Assembly: GCA_028286605.1 (NCBI GenBank)
Contig: JAQBRE010000002.1
Span: forward strand, 60,219 to 124,218
Length of the DNA: 64,000 nucleotides
DNA from: Parcubacteria group bacterium
GTDB lineage: Bacteria; Patescibacteriota; Minisyncoccia; Phycocordibacterales; Phycocordibacteraceae
Direction: 5' to 3'
Positions 27,310 through 36,488 of the stretch are shown one piece after another. Below the pieces are notes generated by a model. It searched no databases, had not been told where the DNA came from, and was given only the letters and a program-made list of their open reading frames with translations. The stretch's first letter is position 1. Every line of letters begins with the position of its first letter. Position numbers and translations under genes: made by a program.

Positions 27310-27867
27310 ATGTCAGGACACAATAAATGGTCGCAGATCAAGCAGCAGAAGGGCGCGACGGACGCTGCGAAGAGTCGCACGTTCTCTCGCTTCAGCCGTT
27401 TGATCACTATCGAAGCCAAGAAAGCGAACGGAAATATGTCTTCACCGGGAGTCCTTGGTGCTATCAGCCGCGCAAAGGCAGCGAACATGCCGAAAGATAG
27501 TATCGATCGTGCGGTCGCTAAGGGAAACTCCAAAGAGGCGGGCGAGCTCGATTCAGTGGCCTATGAGTTTTACGGACCAGGCGGTTCTGCGATTATCGTT
27601 TCCGCACTTACGGATAATAAGAATCGAACCACGCAGGAAGTGAAACATCTTCTCAGTAAGAACGGGTATGAATTAGGTACTCCTGGCAGCGCGCTTTGGG
27701 CATTCACCAAGACGCCTGATGGTCACTTCACGCCGAACGAGCCGTTAATGGATGTTGCAGGCGATGATGAGGAAAAATTAACGACGATACTCGGGTTGCT
27801 CGATGAGCACGAAGACGTGCAGGAAATAACTACGAATGCACGCGGCTATGAGTCCACTGAGGAGTAA
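27310..27867 (+). CDS. yebC: YebC/PmpR family protein (short form)
   Basis: MSGHNKWSQIK, NMPKD, YEFYGPGG, TDNKNRT, DVQEI. Confidence 0.93.
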   Translation: MSGHNKWSQIKQQKGATDAAKSRTFSRFSRLITIEAKKANGNMSSPGVLGAISRAKAANMPKDSIDRAVAKGNSKEAGELDSVAYEFYGPGGSAIIVSALTDNKNRTTQEVKHLLSKNGYELGTPGSALWAFTKTPDGHFTPNEPLMDVAGDDEEKLTTILGLLDEHEDVQEITTNARGYESTEE

Positions 27868-28345
27868 ACGGGTTCTGGGTATCGACCCTGGCTACGATCG
27901 CTTAGGATTGGCGATACTCGAAGGAGACGCGAGCAAGCCGACTCATATATGGAGTGATTGTGTTATTCCGCCAAAAGGAGAGAAAGAAATGCGCTTGGCG
28001 GCGGTATACACAGCGGTTAGTGACGCGATTAAGCAGCATGCGCCTGACGCGCTCGCGATTGAGACGTTATTTTTCAGTACGAACCGTACGACGGCATTTG
28101 GCGTTGCCGAGGCACGCGGTGCGGCGCTTGCAGCGGCAGGAGCGGCGCATATTCCTGTACAGGAATATGCGCCGCAGCAGGTGAAGCTCGCTGTAACCGG
28201 ATACGGCGCTTCCGATAAAGCTGCGATCGCACGAATGATTCCGCATCTCATTACCCTTCCAAAAAAGAAACGGTTGGATGATGAGTTGGACGCGATCGCC
28301 TTGGCGATCGCCGGCCTCGCTGATCGCGCTTCACATCGGGTTTAG
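27848..28345 (+). CDS. ruvC: Crossover junction endodeoxyribonuclease RuvC
   Basis: LGIDPG, IETLFF, EARG, VTGYG.SDK, DDELDA. Confidence 0.95.
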   Translation: MSPLRSKRVLGIDPGYDRLGLAILEGDASKPTHIWSDCVIPPKGEKEMRLAAVYTAVSDAIKQHAPDALAIETLFFSTNRTTAFGVAEARGAALAAAGAAHIPVQEYAPQQVKLAVTGYGASDKAAIARMIPHLITLPKKKRLDDELDAIALAIAGLADRASHRV

Positions 28346-28533
28346 ATAGTTTTCATCTTCACATCATTTCTGAATCTGCATCATATGATGGTTCTGGTAC
28401 GTATCCTTATCGGTAGCATTCGCTATCCACAGAATCGTTCCTGTGCCCTTGCAAAACCCTTCAAGGTTTACGAAGATACAGGGGCTGCCCAGCATTCGCT
28501 GGCACTTGATCAAACGTTAATTTAGATACCACT

Positions 28534-28704
28534 ATGGATGAAGATGAATTGGAAGACGGAGCCGTGATTCCCGAGGAAGAAGAGGACGATGACGCGCCGG
28601 TAATTCCCGGTGAGGAAGATGACGAGAAGAATGATGAGGATCTTGCGAAGCACGGTCTTCACGAAGACGAAGAAGAGGACGACGCACCGATACCTGCATT
28701 CTAA
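28534..28704 (+). CDS. Small extremely acidic protein (56 aa)
   Basis: Hand translation MDEDELEDGAVIPEEEEDDDAPVIPGEEDDEKNDEDLAKHGLHEDEEEDDAPIPAF; GC hairpin follows at 28717-28753. Confidence 0.7.
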   Translation: MDEDELEDGAVIPEEEEDDDAPVIPGEEDDEKNDEDLAKHGLHEDEEEDDAPIPAF

Positions 28705-28771
28705 GTATCGTTCGATGAGAGCCCCTGCGCGGCCATGCCGCGCAGGGGCTCTCGCGTGATATTATCAAGCA

Positions 28772-30964
28772 ATGAAGCGTCGTTCTTCTCGTCCCGAACG
28801 CACGAAGGCCCTTAAGGACCTCATCCATCATCCGCACCCATTCATGCGGGCAGCGTTTATTCTTGCCGGCATCGGCTTACTTATATTGGGTATCGGCATC
28901 CTGTGGGTCGCACTCACACCGATTCCTGCGCTCAACACATTCGATTCCCAGAAGGTCGCGCAGTCTACGAAAATATATGATCGCACCGGCAACACGCTCT
29001 TGTATGACCTCAACCATGATGTGAGTCGTCAGGTGGTTCCGCTCACAGATATCTCTCCGAATCTGCAGCAGGCGACCATTTCAATTGAAGATCAGAATTT
29101 CTATAAGCATGGCGCCGTTTCTTTTACCGGAACAGCGCGCTCGCTTCTTACCGACATCTTCACACTCTCCTTCGCACAAGGCGGTTCAACACTGACACAA
29201 CAGGTGGTGAAGAATACTATTCTTTCCGGACAAAAATCGATCATTCGAAAAGCGCAGGAATGGATTCTCGCCTACAAGTTCGAGCAGCGCTACACGAAAG
29301 CTCAGATACTTGAATTCTATTTCAACGTAACGCCCTACGGCGGCACGCTCTATGGCGCAGAGGCGGCGAGCCGTGCATTCTACGGAAAAGATGCGAAGGA
29401 TCTAGACCTCGCTGAAGCTGCATACATGGCCGCAATTCCGCAGCTGCCAACATACTATTCGCCATATGGAAATAATCGCGCGGCGCTCGACACGCGAAAG
29501 AATCTCGTGCTTTCTCGCATGCTCACGCTCGGATACATAACGAACGATCAATATAATCAGGCGAAGAATGAAGTCGTCACATTCAGTCGTCAGCAGAATA
29601 ATTCGATCATCGCGCCGCACTTCGTGTTCTATATCGAGCAGTATCTGGAAAATAAGTATGGTCCGGATGTCGCGACGCAAGGCTTGGTGGTGAAGACAAC
29701 GCTCGATGCCGACCTGCAGCATCAGTCGGAGACGATAGTGAACCAGTACGCGCTCGCAAATACGAAGACATTTAAGGCAAGCAACGCAGCGCTCGTCGCG
29801 ATTGATCCGAAGACCGGACAGATCCTTGCTATGGTCGGTTCGCGCAACTACTTCGATACGCAGATCGATGGCAACTTCAACGCAGCGCTCGCTTCGCGCC
29901 AGCCAGGCTCTTCCTTCAAGCCGTTCGTCTATGCCACAGCCCTGAAAGAAGGATATACGCCGCAAACGGAAGTCTTCGATCTCCCTACGCAGTTCTCTAC
30001 GAGCTGTTCCCCTTCAGACAACTTCAACGACACCCCTCCCTGCTACGCGCCAGGCAACTACGACGGCCTGTTCCGCGGCCCGATGACGTTCACCACCGCT
30101 ATCGCTCAGTCCATCAACGTACCTGCGGTTAAGGTTCTTTATCTTGCAGGTATTCCTAACGTACTGAATCTTGCAACGAGTATGGGTATTACGACGCTCG
30201 GCAAGCCAAGCCAATACGGCCTTTCGCTCGCACTGGGTGCTGCGGAGGTCCGTCTACTTGATCTCACCGATGCATACAGCGCCTTCGCAAATAACGGCGT
30301 ACTAAATGCATCGACCGGTATCCTTTCCATTACTGATAAAGATGGCCATACGCTTGAAGAATATAAGGCAGCACCACAGAACGTGCTTGATCCTTCTATC
30401 GCGAACGAGATGTCTGCGATGCTTTCGGATAATCAGGCGCGTCAGCCGGAATATCCTCCCGTGAACCCTTTCACCTTCCCTGGCTATGATGTTGCAGCGA
30501 AGACGGGTACCACGAACGATTCACGCGACGCATGGACGGTGGGCTACTCCCCTTCTATCGCAATCGGCGTATGGGCGGGAAACAACGACAATTCGCCGAT
30601 GGTGAAGGAAATTGCCGGCTACATCGTGGCACCTATGTGGCACCAGGTGATGCAATACGCGCTCACGAAGTATCCGAACGAAGTATTCCCTGAAGCTCCC
30701 GCGATTCCTGACACCGCTCCTGCAGCTCTTCGCGGTATCTATACCGACGGCACGCAGGTGCACGATATTTTGTACTGGGTGAACAAGAACACGCCACTCG
30801 TTCCGGGCAGCTCAACGGGTGATGGTCAGTATCCGTACTGGGAATACCCTATTGCTAACTGGCTCGCATCCGGCGGCAAGGTGGGCGCAAGTGCACAGAC
30901 CGCATCAACAACGAGCACCGCTTCAGGTGTTGGAATCGATGGTTCGAGTATCGGAGGTCAGTAA
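28772..30964 (+). CDS. Class A penicillin-binding protein
   Basis: EDQNFYKH, GGSTLTQQ, RKAQE, SSFK, SIN, KTGT. Confidence 0.95.
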   Translation: MKRRSSRPERTKALKDLIHHPHPFMRAAFILAGIGLLILGIGILWVALTPIPALNTFDSQKVAQSTKIYDRTGNTLLYDLNHDVSRQVVPLTDISPNLQQATISIEDQNFYKHGAVSFTGTARSLLTDIFTLSFAQGGSTLTQQVVKNTILSGQKSIIRKAQEWILAYKFEQRYTKAQILEFYFNVTPYGGTLYGAEAASRAFYGKDAKDLDLAEAAYMAAIPQLPTYYSPYGNNRAALDTRKNLVLSRMLTLGYITNDQYNQAKNEVVTFSRQQNNSIIAPHFVFYIEQYLENKYGPDVATQGLVVKTTLDADLQHQSETIVNQYALANTKTFKASNAALVAIDPKTGQILAMVGSRNYFDTQIDGNFNAALASRQPGSSFKPFVYATALKEGYTPQTEVFDLPTQFSTSCSPSDNFNDTPPCYAPGNYDGLFRGPMTFTTAIAQSINVPAVKVLYLAGIPNVLNLATSMGITTLGKPSQYGLSLALGAAEVRLLDLTDAYSAFANNGVLNASTGILSITDKDGHTLEEYKAAPQNVLDPSIANEMSAMLSDNQARQPEYPPVNPFTFPGYDVAAKTGTTNDSRDAWTVGYSPSIAIGVWAGNNDNSPMVKEIAGYIVAPMWHQVMQYALTKYPNEVFPEAPAIPDTAPAALRGIYTDGTQVHDILYWVNKNTPLVPGSSTGDGQYPYWEYPIANWLASGGKVGASAQTASTTSTASGVGIDGSSIGGQ

Positions 30965-31004
30965 GAAATAGTGAAAAGTAATAATGATCGAATATCGGTC
31001 ATTA

Positions 31005-31256
31005 TTACTTTATGGTCGCAACACGTATGCCGCGCTCTCCGAGCGCGGCTAGTATTTTTTCTTTGTTCAACAAGATCGCAGATTTCACCACTGGCGGCAC
31101 CGCAAGCACCAAGTCTGCATCCTTGTATTTCACTTGCTTCGGCGTAATAGGAATCTTCAAAAACTCTGTAAGCTCTTCTGCAATCGCGTGGCGAATCTGC
31201 GCATCACGCACGCCAGGAACCTTGTGATTCAATAGTAGGTCCGCGAGACTTTTCAT
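31005..31256 (-). CDS. Small protein, possibly DciA/DUF721-like
   Basis: KH-like pattern (LVLAVPPVVKSAILLNKEKIL); downstream of dnaA-dnaN. Confidence 0.5.
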   Translation of the reverse strand: MKSLADLLLNHKVPGVRDAQIRHAIAEELTEFLKIPITPKQVKYKDADLVLAVPPVVKSAILLNKEKILAALGERGIRVATIK

Positions 31257-31280
31257 ATATAAAGTATACCTTTCCTTCTG

Positions 31281-31303
31281 GTTCGATCCCTAGTCTCCCA
31301 GCA
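31281..31303 (+). repeat. Cassette site A, copy 3
   Basis: GTTCGATCCCTAGTCTCCCAGCA. Confidence 0.85.
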
Positions 31304-31368
31304 ATTTAGTATGTATAGATTTTGCAGATAGCAGATCGTACCGTTTCGAATAGTGCTATGCTTTTCCT

Positions 31369-31827
31369 ATGAGTACTGAACTATCGTCTGATTCCCTCGT
31401 AGAGGATTTCTTGAAGCAATTTCCAGAATTGCATGACGATTCACACCTCGACAGGGCAAACAATCACGACTTACCCTATGTATTCTTTGGCATGGTTCAC
31501 CAGATTCTAAGTAAGGCTATTACGGAAGATACTCTATTGGCTGAAAAGATTACAGAATGGCTAGATAGCGCCTTTGCTAATAACAAGGGAAACGAATCTG
31601 CTAGAGATTTGCTGTGGGTCTCATTCCTTGAAGCCACCGAACACAAACCAATGCACCGAGAGTTTTTACTTTCTCATCTTACCAGCGAAGGAAATCTGCA
31701 ATACAGACGATATCTCTATCTAATGGATAATGGTGGTTTAAACGATCCGAATACAGGAGAAATACTCAATTTCAGCAACGGGAATGAATCTGGTAAGACT
31801 GGTAAGTTCCTCTCAGATATTAAGTAG
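31369..31827 (+). CDS. Cassette 3 cargo, acidic helical hypothetical protein
   Basis: 152 aa, AT-rich, opposite to the surrounding minus-strand genes. Confidence 0.7.
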   Translation: MSTELSSDSLVEDFLKQFPELHDDSHLDRANNHDLPYVFFGMVHQILSKAITEDTLLAEKITEWLDSAFANNKGNESARDLLWVSFLEATEHKPMHREFLLSHLTSEGNLQYRRYLYLMDNGGLNDPNTGEILNFSNGNESGKTGKFLSDIK

Positions 31828-31831
31828 TTTA

Positions 31832-31859
31832 GTTCCAACACCGTCCCAGACAGCCGACT
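31832..31859 (+). repeat. Cassette site B, copy 3
   Basis: GTTCCAACACCGTCCCAGACAGCCGACT. Confidence 0.8.
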
Positions 31860-31875
31860 TTTCTCCTAGGAACAA

Positions 31876-32466
31876 CTACTTCTCTCGCAAGAAAAACATC
31901 GCTGCTGCGTAGATTCCAACAACTATTACGAGTATTCCAATACCGATACCTAGAAGATTCACGAGGTTTCCGCTTACGCTTTCAGCCACATATCCGACGC
32001 TCATATACAGAAGCACACAGATGACGTTTCCAAGAATGTCGCCGGCAATGAAAGTACGAACAGGAAGCCGGACCGATCCTGCAAGTGTATTTACTCCCGG
32101 ACTTAAGAAACCGATGAGACGCGTAACGCTAATAGTGAGGATCGGATGCTTTTTCAGATATATTTCTAGTTTCAAATACGATTTGTGTTTCTTTTCAAGG
32201 CTTTTCTGCTTCCTTCTACTAACGAGTCTCCGTGCAATATAGTACGCACCGACATCACCAAGAACGCTTGCACTGAACGCAACGCCTGCAGCGACGAAGA
32301 AATTAAAATGAACGCCATCTTGAGAGATGTGCGAAAGCACTCCAGCAGCAAGAATCGCGACGTTCGAAGGAAGCGGCAGATACAGACCACCCAGAAGAAG
32401 AAATCCAGCTAGGGCGAAATACCCGTAATGCAAAAACCAAGGAAGTAGTCCTCCGAAAGAATTCAT
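31876..32466 (-). CDS. DedA family membrane protein
   Basis: LPLPSN, LGD..AYYIAR, TRLI, AG. Confidence 0.9.
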   Translation of the reverse strand: MNSFGGLLPWFLHYGYFALAGFLLLGGLYLPLPSNVAILAAGVLSHISQDGVHFNFFVAAGVAFSASVLGDVGAYYIARRLVSRRKQKSLEKKHKSYLKLEIYLKKHPILTISVTRLIGFLSPGVNTLAGSVRLPVRTFIAGDILGNVICVLLYMSVGYVAESVSGNLVNLLGIGIGILVIVVGIYAAAMFFLREK

Positions 32467-32475
32467 TCCGAAAGA

Positions 32476-33576
32476 TTACTGATTCATCGGCATCACGAGA
32501 TACAGGAATGTATTATCGCCGACCCCTTTGATAATGAGCGGACGACCTATACCTGCAGCAGAAAGTGAAAGGTTTTCTGAATTCATAAGCGAAAGCGGTG
32601 CTGCAAGATACCGATGATTGAATGAAAGCTCTATAGGATCACCCGTAACAGAGGCTGGAATCGATTCAGAGGATTCACCGACATCGCTATTGCGCGCTGA
32701 GAACAGGATCTTCTTCTCCCTTGTTGCGAAACTGACACGTACTTTCTGGAATGAGTCAGAGAATATAGCCGTTCTGCGAAGAGAAGCCTCGAAATCCTTT
32801 CGAAGGAGCGTCGCTTCAGAAACGAACTGCTTAGGAATTATCTGCGTGTAATCCGGATACGGAACGGTAACGAGACGCGTCGTAACAATGCCGCCTGGCC
32901 ACGAGAATGCGCACTGATGTTCATCGATAAGAACCTCTACGTCGTCGTCCGGAAGCGTCTGTACGATATCGATCGCATTCTTGGCGGGAATAAGTATTGA
33001 AAACGGCGCGACGGTGCCGGGTACCGCTATCTTTTTCTCTGCAAGACGGAACGAATCAGTCGCAACCGCCTTAACGACACCACCTTCTGCAGAAAGAAGT
33101 ACCGATGCGAGTTCAGGACGAACAGTCGAAGGTGACGCACAGCCAGCGACCGTGAGAACGAGCGTACGTATCTGTATTCCCGGAAGCGTAAATTTAGCCG
33201 TAGGAGAGTCTGGGAATGGCAACGTAGGGAAATCTTCGTAGGCGAGAGTCTTGAGCGTGCTACGGCCCGCTGAAGAGGAAATAAGGACGGTGTCACCGGT
33301 GTGCTCGAGCTTGATTGCACCGGTACCAGAAAAAGATCCGGTTATCTCACGAAGAGTAGTTGCAGGAAGTGCGACGACGCCTGGCTGCTCGATCGTTCCT
33401 CCCACTTTGAAATCGATACCGGTCTCAAGGTTCGTTGCGCGCAGTTTGATACCGTCATCCCCCGCGACGATAGCGATGCCTGCGAGAACGGGTAGCGTAG
33501 CAGACTTTCGCTCTGCGAATCGAGCGACTCTGCTAACTGCTTCTGAGAACTCCTTTTTTTCTATATTGATAATCAT
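32476..33576 (-). CDS. dnaN: DNA polymerase III beta clamp
   Basis: ATNLE, ATDSFRL, YPDY, YLVMPM. Confidence 0.97.
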   Translation of the reverse strand: MIINIEKKEFSEAVSRVARFAERKSATLPVLAGIAIVAGDDGIKLRATNLETGIDFKVGGTIEQPGVVALPATTLREITGSFSGTGAIKLEHTGDTVLISSSAGRSTLKTLAYEDFPTLPFPDSPTAKFTLPGIQIRTLVLTVAGCASPSTVRPELASVLLSAEGGVVKAVATDSFRLAEKKIAVPGTVAPFSILIPAKNAIDIVQTLPDDDVEVLIDEHQCAFSWPGGIVTTRLVTVPYPDYTQIIPKQFVSEATLLRKDFEASLRRTAIFSDSFQKVRVSFATREKKILFSARNSDVGESSESIPASVTGDPIELSFNHRYLAAPLSLMNSENLSLSAAGIGRPLIIKGVGDNTFLYLVMPMNQ

Positions 33577-33816
33577 AAATGCTTATTATTAGGGGTGTGG
33601 ATACTGGGGAAAGAGCATTATCTCTAGTATATACGGTCTGGAATGGGTGTGCTCGTTATTCGGAAGCTGTGGGTACAGGCGTATAAGTCGGGTGTATAAA
33701 CGGGTGCTGGATTTTCTTCCCGAAGTTATCAGTCTTCTCTACCCTGCTTGTCCCCATCCTTGCTACCCCTGTTATCTCCAGCTTCTCCACATCTTTTCCC
33801 CAGAACTTATTCACAC
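33577..33816. other. Replication origin oriC (dnaA-dnaN intergenic)
   Basis: DnaA-box variants TGTGGATAC 33596, TGTGGGTAC 33668, TTCTCCACA 33783, TTATTCACA 33807; AT-rich stretch next to the dnaN start. Confidence 0.75.
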
Positions 33817-35169
33817 TCAAACAAGCAGAGTGCGAATGTCCTGAATCTCTTTCGCGAGTTCTGCATCCTCTGCGACTTCGCGCTTCACCTTTTCACATGA
33901 GTGAATGACAGTGGTGTGGTCACGTCCACCAAGCTTATTGCCGATAGTCGGATACGAGACGCTGAAGTCTTCACGAAGGATATACATGATCACTTGGCGA
34001 GGACGCACCACTTCCCTTCTACGGGTCTTCTCATAGATACTTTCCTCCTCGATGCCGTAGAACTCAGCAATTTTCGATACGACATGTTTAACCGATACTG
34101 TTTTGGAAGGACGAGAGAACGAACGGAGCGATTGTCGAACTTCAGCGATGTCTGGCGGCGTACCTTTTACCTGCGTATGGCAAACAACCGAGTTAAGAAC
34201 ACCCTCCAATTCACGGATAGAACCTGAAACAGAAGTAGCGATGTACTCAGACACCTCATCAGAGAGCATTACGCCGCTCATAGCAGCCTTCTTGCGTACG
34301 ATCTCGATACGAGACTCCATATCCGGCTCACCGATGTCTACGGTCATACCAGAAAGGAAACGGCCACGAAGGCGATCCATGATGTCAGGAATGTTTCCAG
34401 GTGCGCGGTCCGAGGAGAATACGATTTGCTTGTTGTTGTCGTACAGATGATTGAAAAGATGGAAGAGTTCCTCCTGGAATTTATCCTTCTTCGAAAGAAA
34501 CTGGACATCGTCCATAATCAGGAGGTCATACTGGCGATACTTTTCCTTAAAACGGTTCGCCGTACCGAGTTGAAGCGAGTCGGTGAAGTCCGTACCGAAC
34601 TTCTCGCTCGTTAGATAGAAGACTTTTCGGTTCGGATAGAGCTTCTTGTAGTGATTCCCTATCGCCTGAATGAGGTGCGTCTTTCCACGACCGGTATCTC
34701 CGTAGATAAAGAGAGGGTTGTACGTGATTCCAGGGCGCTCGATAGCCGCGCGAGCCGCCATATTGGCCACTTGGTTGAACGAACCGACGACGAACGTATC
34801 AAAGGTGTAGCGCGGGTTGAGATTGTCGCTCTTATTGATGTAAAACTCGTTGAGCGGGAGCTCCTGAGTAGGTTCGCGGCGCAGCCGCGACTCTTTGGGC
34901 TGCTTGCGCGCGATATCTTTTACGATCGTGTACTCGATATTCCTGAATTCGACAGAAACATCACGAACGATCTTCAAAAGGAGCGTGTTGAAATGCTTCT
35001 GATACCAATCCTTGAAGAACGGGCTCTGTACGCCGATGAAAACGATGCCGTCTTCGATCTTTATGATGGCGCTGGACTTGAACCACGTGTTGAAATTGGC
35101 AGGAGAGATAGAAAGTTCAACCTGCGTGAGGATGTATTCCCAAAGTTCATGCGGATCAGAACGGTTCAT
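33817..35169 (-). CDS. dnaA: Chromosomal replication initiator DnaA
   Basis: LNPRYTFDTFV, NPLFIYGDTGRGKTHL, DDVQ, RELEG, GGRDHTTV. Confidence 0.98.
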   Translation of the reverse strand: MNRSDPHELWEYILTQVELSISPANFNTWFKSSAIIKIEDGIVFIGVQSPFFKDWYQKHFNTLLLKIVRDVSVEFRNIEYTIVKDIARKQPKESRLRREPTQELPLNEFYINKSDNLNPRYTFDTFVVGSFNQVANMAARAAIERPGITYNPLFIYGDTGRGKTHLIQAIGNHYKKLYPNRKVFYLTSEKFGTDFTDSLQLGTANRFKEKYRQYDLLIMDDVQFLSKKDKFQEELFHLFNHLYDNNKQIVFSSDRAPGNIPDIMDRLRGRFLSGMTVDIGEPDMESRIEIVRKKAAMSGVMLSDEVSEYIATSVSGSIRELEGVLNSVVCHTQVKGTPPDIAEVRQSLRSFSRPSKTVSVKHVVSKIAEFYGIEEESIYEKTRRREVVRPRQVIMYILREDFSVSYPTIGNKLGGRDHTTVIHSCEKVKREVAEDAELAKEIQDIRTLLV

Positions 35170-35189
35170 GCGGTCATTGTATCTCTGCC

Positions 35190-35268
35190 TGTGGATAACT
35201 CCAATAATTATGAAGATAGGCCGTTTTGTTGCATGCCAGAGCGCAACCTGTTAGTATCCTGTGTATAA
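35190..35268. promoter_or_regulatory. DnaA boxes in the dnaA-rpmH divergent region
   Basis: TGTGGATAA 35190-35198 (perfect) and TGTGTATAA 35260-35268. Confidence 0.8.
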
Positions 35269-35274
35269 CTTCCT

Positions 35275-35427
35275 ATGCCAAAGCGCACCTACCAGCCGAA
35301 GAAGCGTAAGCGCGCACGAACCCACGGATTCCGTGCTCGTTCCGCTACCCCCACCGGACGCCGCGTATTGCTCGCTCGTCGCCGTAAAGGCCGTGCAAGC
35401 CTCACGGTTTCTAAGAAAGTACGCTAA
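35275..35427 (+). CDS. rpmH: 50S ribosomal protein L34
   Basis: Hand translation [40 protein letters not shown]. Confidence 0.96.
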   Translation: MPKRTYQPKKRKRARTHGFRARSATPTGRRVLLARRRKGRASLTVSKKVR

Positions 35428-35756
35428 TGCTACCTCGCTCGCACCGCCTCCCTCGGGCCGGTTTTGAGCAGATTGCCGGCCTCAAGCGTTCCGCTAGCCG
35501 GCATTTTTCTATATCCTATATAGATAGCGCTCCGCTGGCCGGTGGCGCGGTGGTAGTGTCCAAAAAGGCTGCAAAACAGTCAGTGGACCGTCATCTCCTG
35601 AAGCGCCGCGTAAAGGCTGTGATGAAGCCGTGGTTGGTTTCAGGGCGGGTGCTGATAGTCCATGCTCGCACAGGTGCAATAACTCTTCCCTTTTCCGAAC
35701 TAGAGGCCGAACTGACGGCACTCTTACGACAATCGTTCGATTCCGGTACTATATAA
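35427..35756 (+). CDS. rnpA: RNase P protein component
   Basis: [23 protein letters not shown]; synteny. Confidence 0.9.
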   Translation: MLPRSHRLPRAGFEQIAGLKRSASRHFSISYIDSAPLAGGAVVVSKKAAKQSVDRHLLKRRVKAVMKPWLVSGRVLIVHARTGAITLPFSELEAELTALLRQSFDSGTI

Positions 35757-35759
35757 CCC

Positions 35760-36488
35760 ATGATCGGCCACTTCTTCACCATCGTTCTCTACGCTCCTAT
35801 CTATAACCTCCTGATATTCCTCGTGGATATCCTTCCAGGTGGCGATATCGGCCTTGCCGTCATCATCGTTACTATCATCGTGAAGCTGGTTATCGCGCCA
35901 CTCACTATCTCTGCACTCCGTACCTCGCGTGCGATGCAGGCAATACAGCCTAAGTTCAAGGAACTACAGGAAAAATACAAGGATGATAAGGAATTGCAGG
36001 CGAAAGAGACCTTCGCGCTCTATAAGAAATACAAGATAAACCCGTTCGCGAGCATTCTGACGTTATTTATTCAGCTTCCAGTAATCATTGCGCTGTACTA
36101 CGTGTTCCGTCACGAGGTCGTTAAATTCGACCCTACGATTCTGTACTCATTCGTGCATGTACCGGCCGTAATCTCTAATAACTTCCTCGGTTTCTTCCCC
36201 CTTACGGCACATAACATAATCCTTGCTGCGCTCGCCGCAATAACGCAGTTCCTGCAGGCTAAATATGCGATGCCCGTACCGCCTTCAACGGGCCCCGACG
36301 CATCTGCGAGCGAGCAATTCAATCGCACTATGGCGATGCAGATGCGCTACATGCTTCCGCTATTCATCGGATTCATCGCGTATATTTCTTCAGGCGCTAT
36401 CGCGCTGTATTTCATAACGACCGCACTATTCACGCTCGGTCAGGAACTTTTCATGCGAAAGCTGCCCAAGGTTGTCGTTGAAGACTAA
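35760..36488 (+). CDS. yidC: Membrane protein insertase YidC
   Basis: IQPKFKELQEKYK, INPF, IQLPV, LYFIT. Confidence 0.95.
   Translation: MIGHFFTIVLYAPIYNLLIFLVDILPGGDIGLAVIIVTIIVKLVIAPLTISALRTSRAMQAIQPKFKELQEKYKDDKELQAKETFALYKKYKINPFASILTLFIQLPVIIALYYVFRHEVVKFDPTILYSFVHVPAVISNNFLGFFPLTAHNIILAALAAITQFLQAKYAMPVPPSTGPDASASEQFNRTMAMQMRYMLPLFIGFIAYISSGAIALYFITTALFTLGQELFMRKLPKVVVED

Noticed and set aside
16752-27867. Short HolA and YebC and reduced PolA as pseudogenes
   Set aside because: Intact frames with both termini; compact forms are expected in streamlined CPR genomes
12910-28345. ruvA, ruvB and ruvC are unlinked
   Set aside because: Ordinary gene-order shuffling; all three appear intact
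28401-28428. GTTCTGGTACGTATCCTTATCGGTAGCA has site-B spacing (GTTC...AGCA)
   Set aside because: Only about half the positions match and no partner A site was found nearby
15884-31859. A/B repeats as a CRISPR array or integron attC sites
   Set aside because: Copies are kilobases apart, flank whole genes, have no cas genes and lack attC R''/R' palindromy
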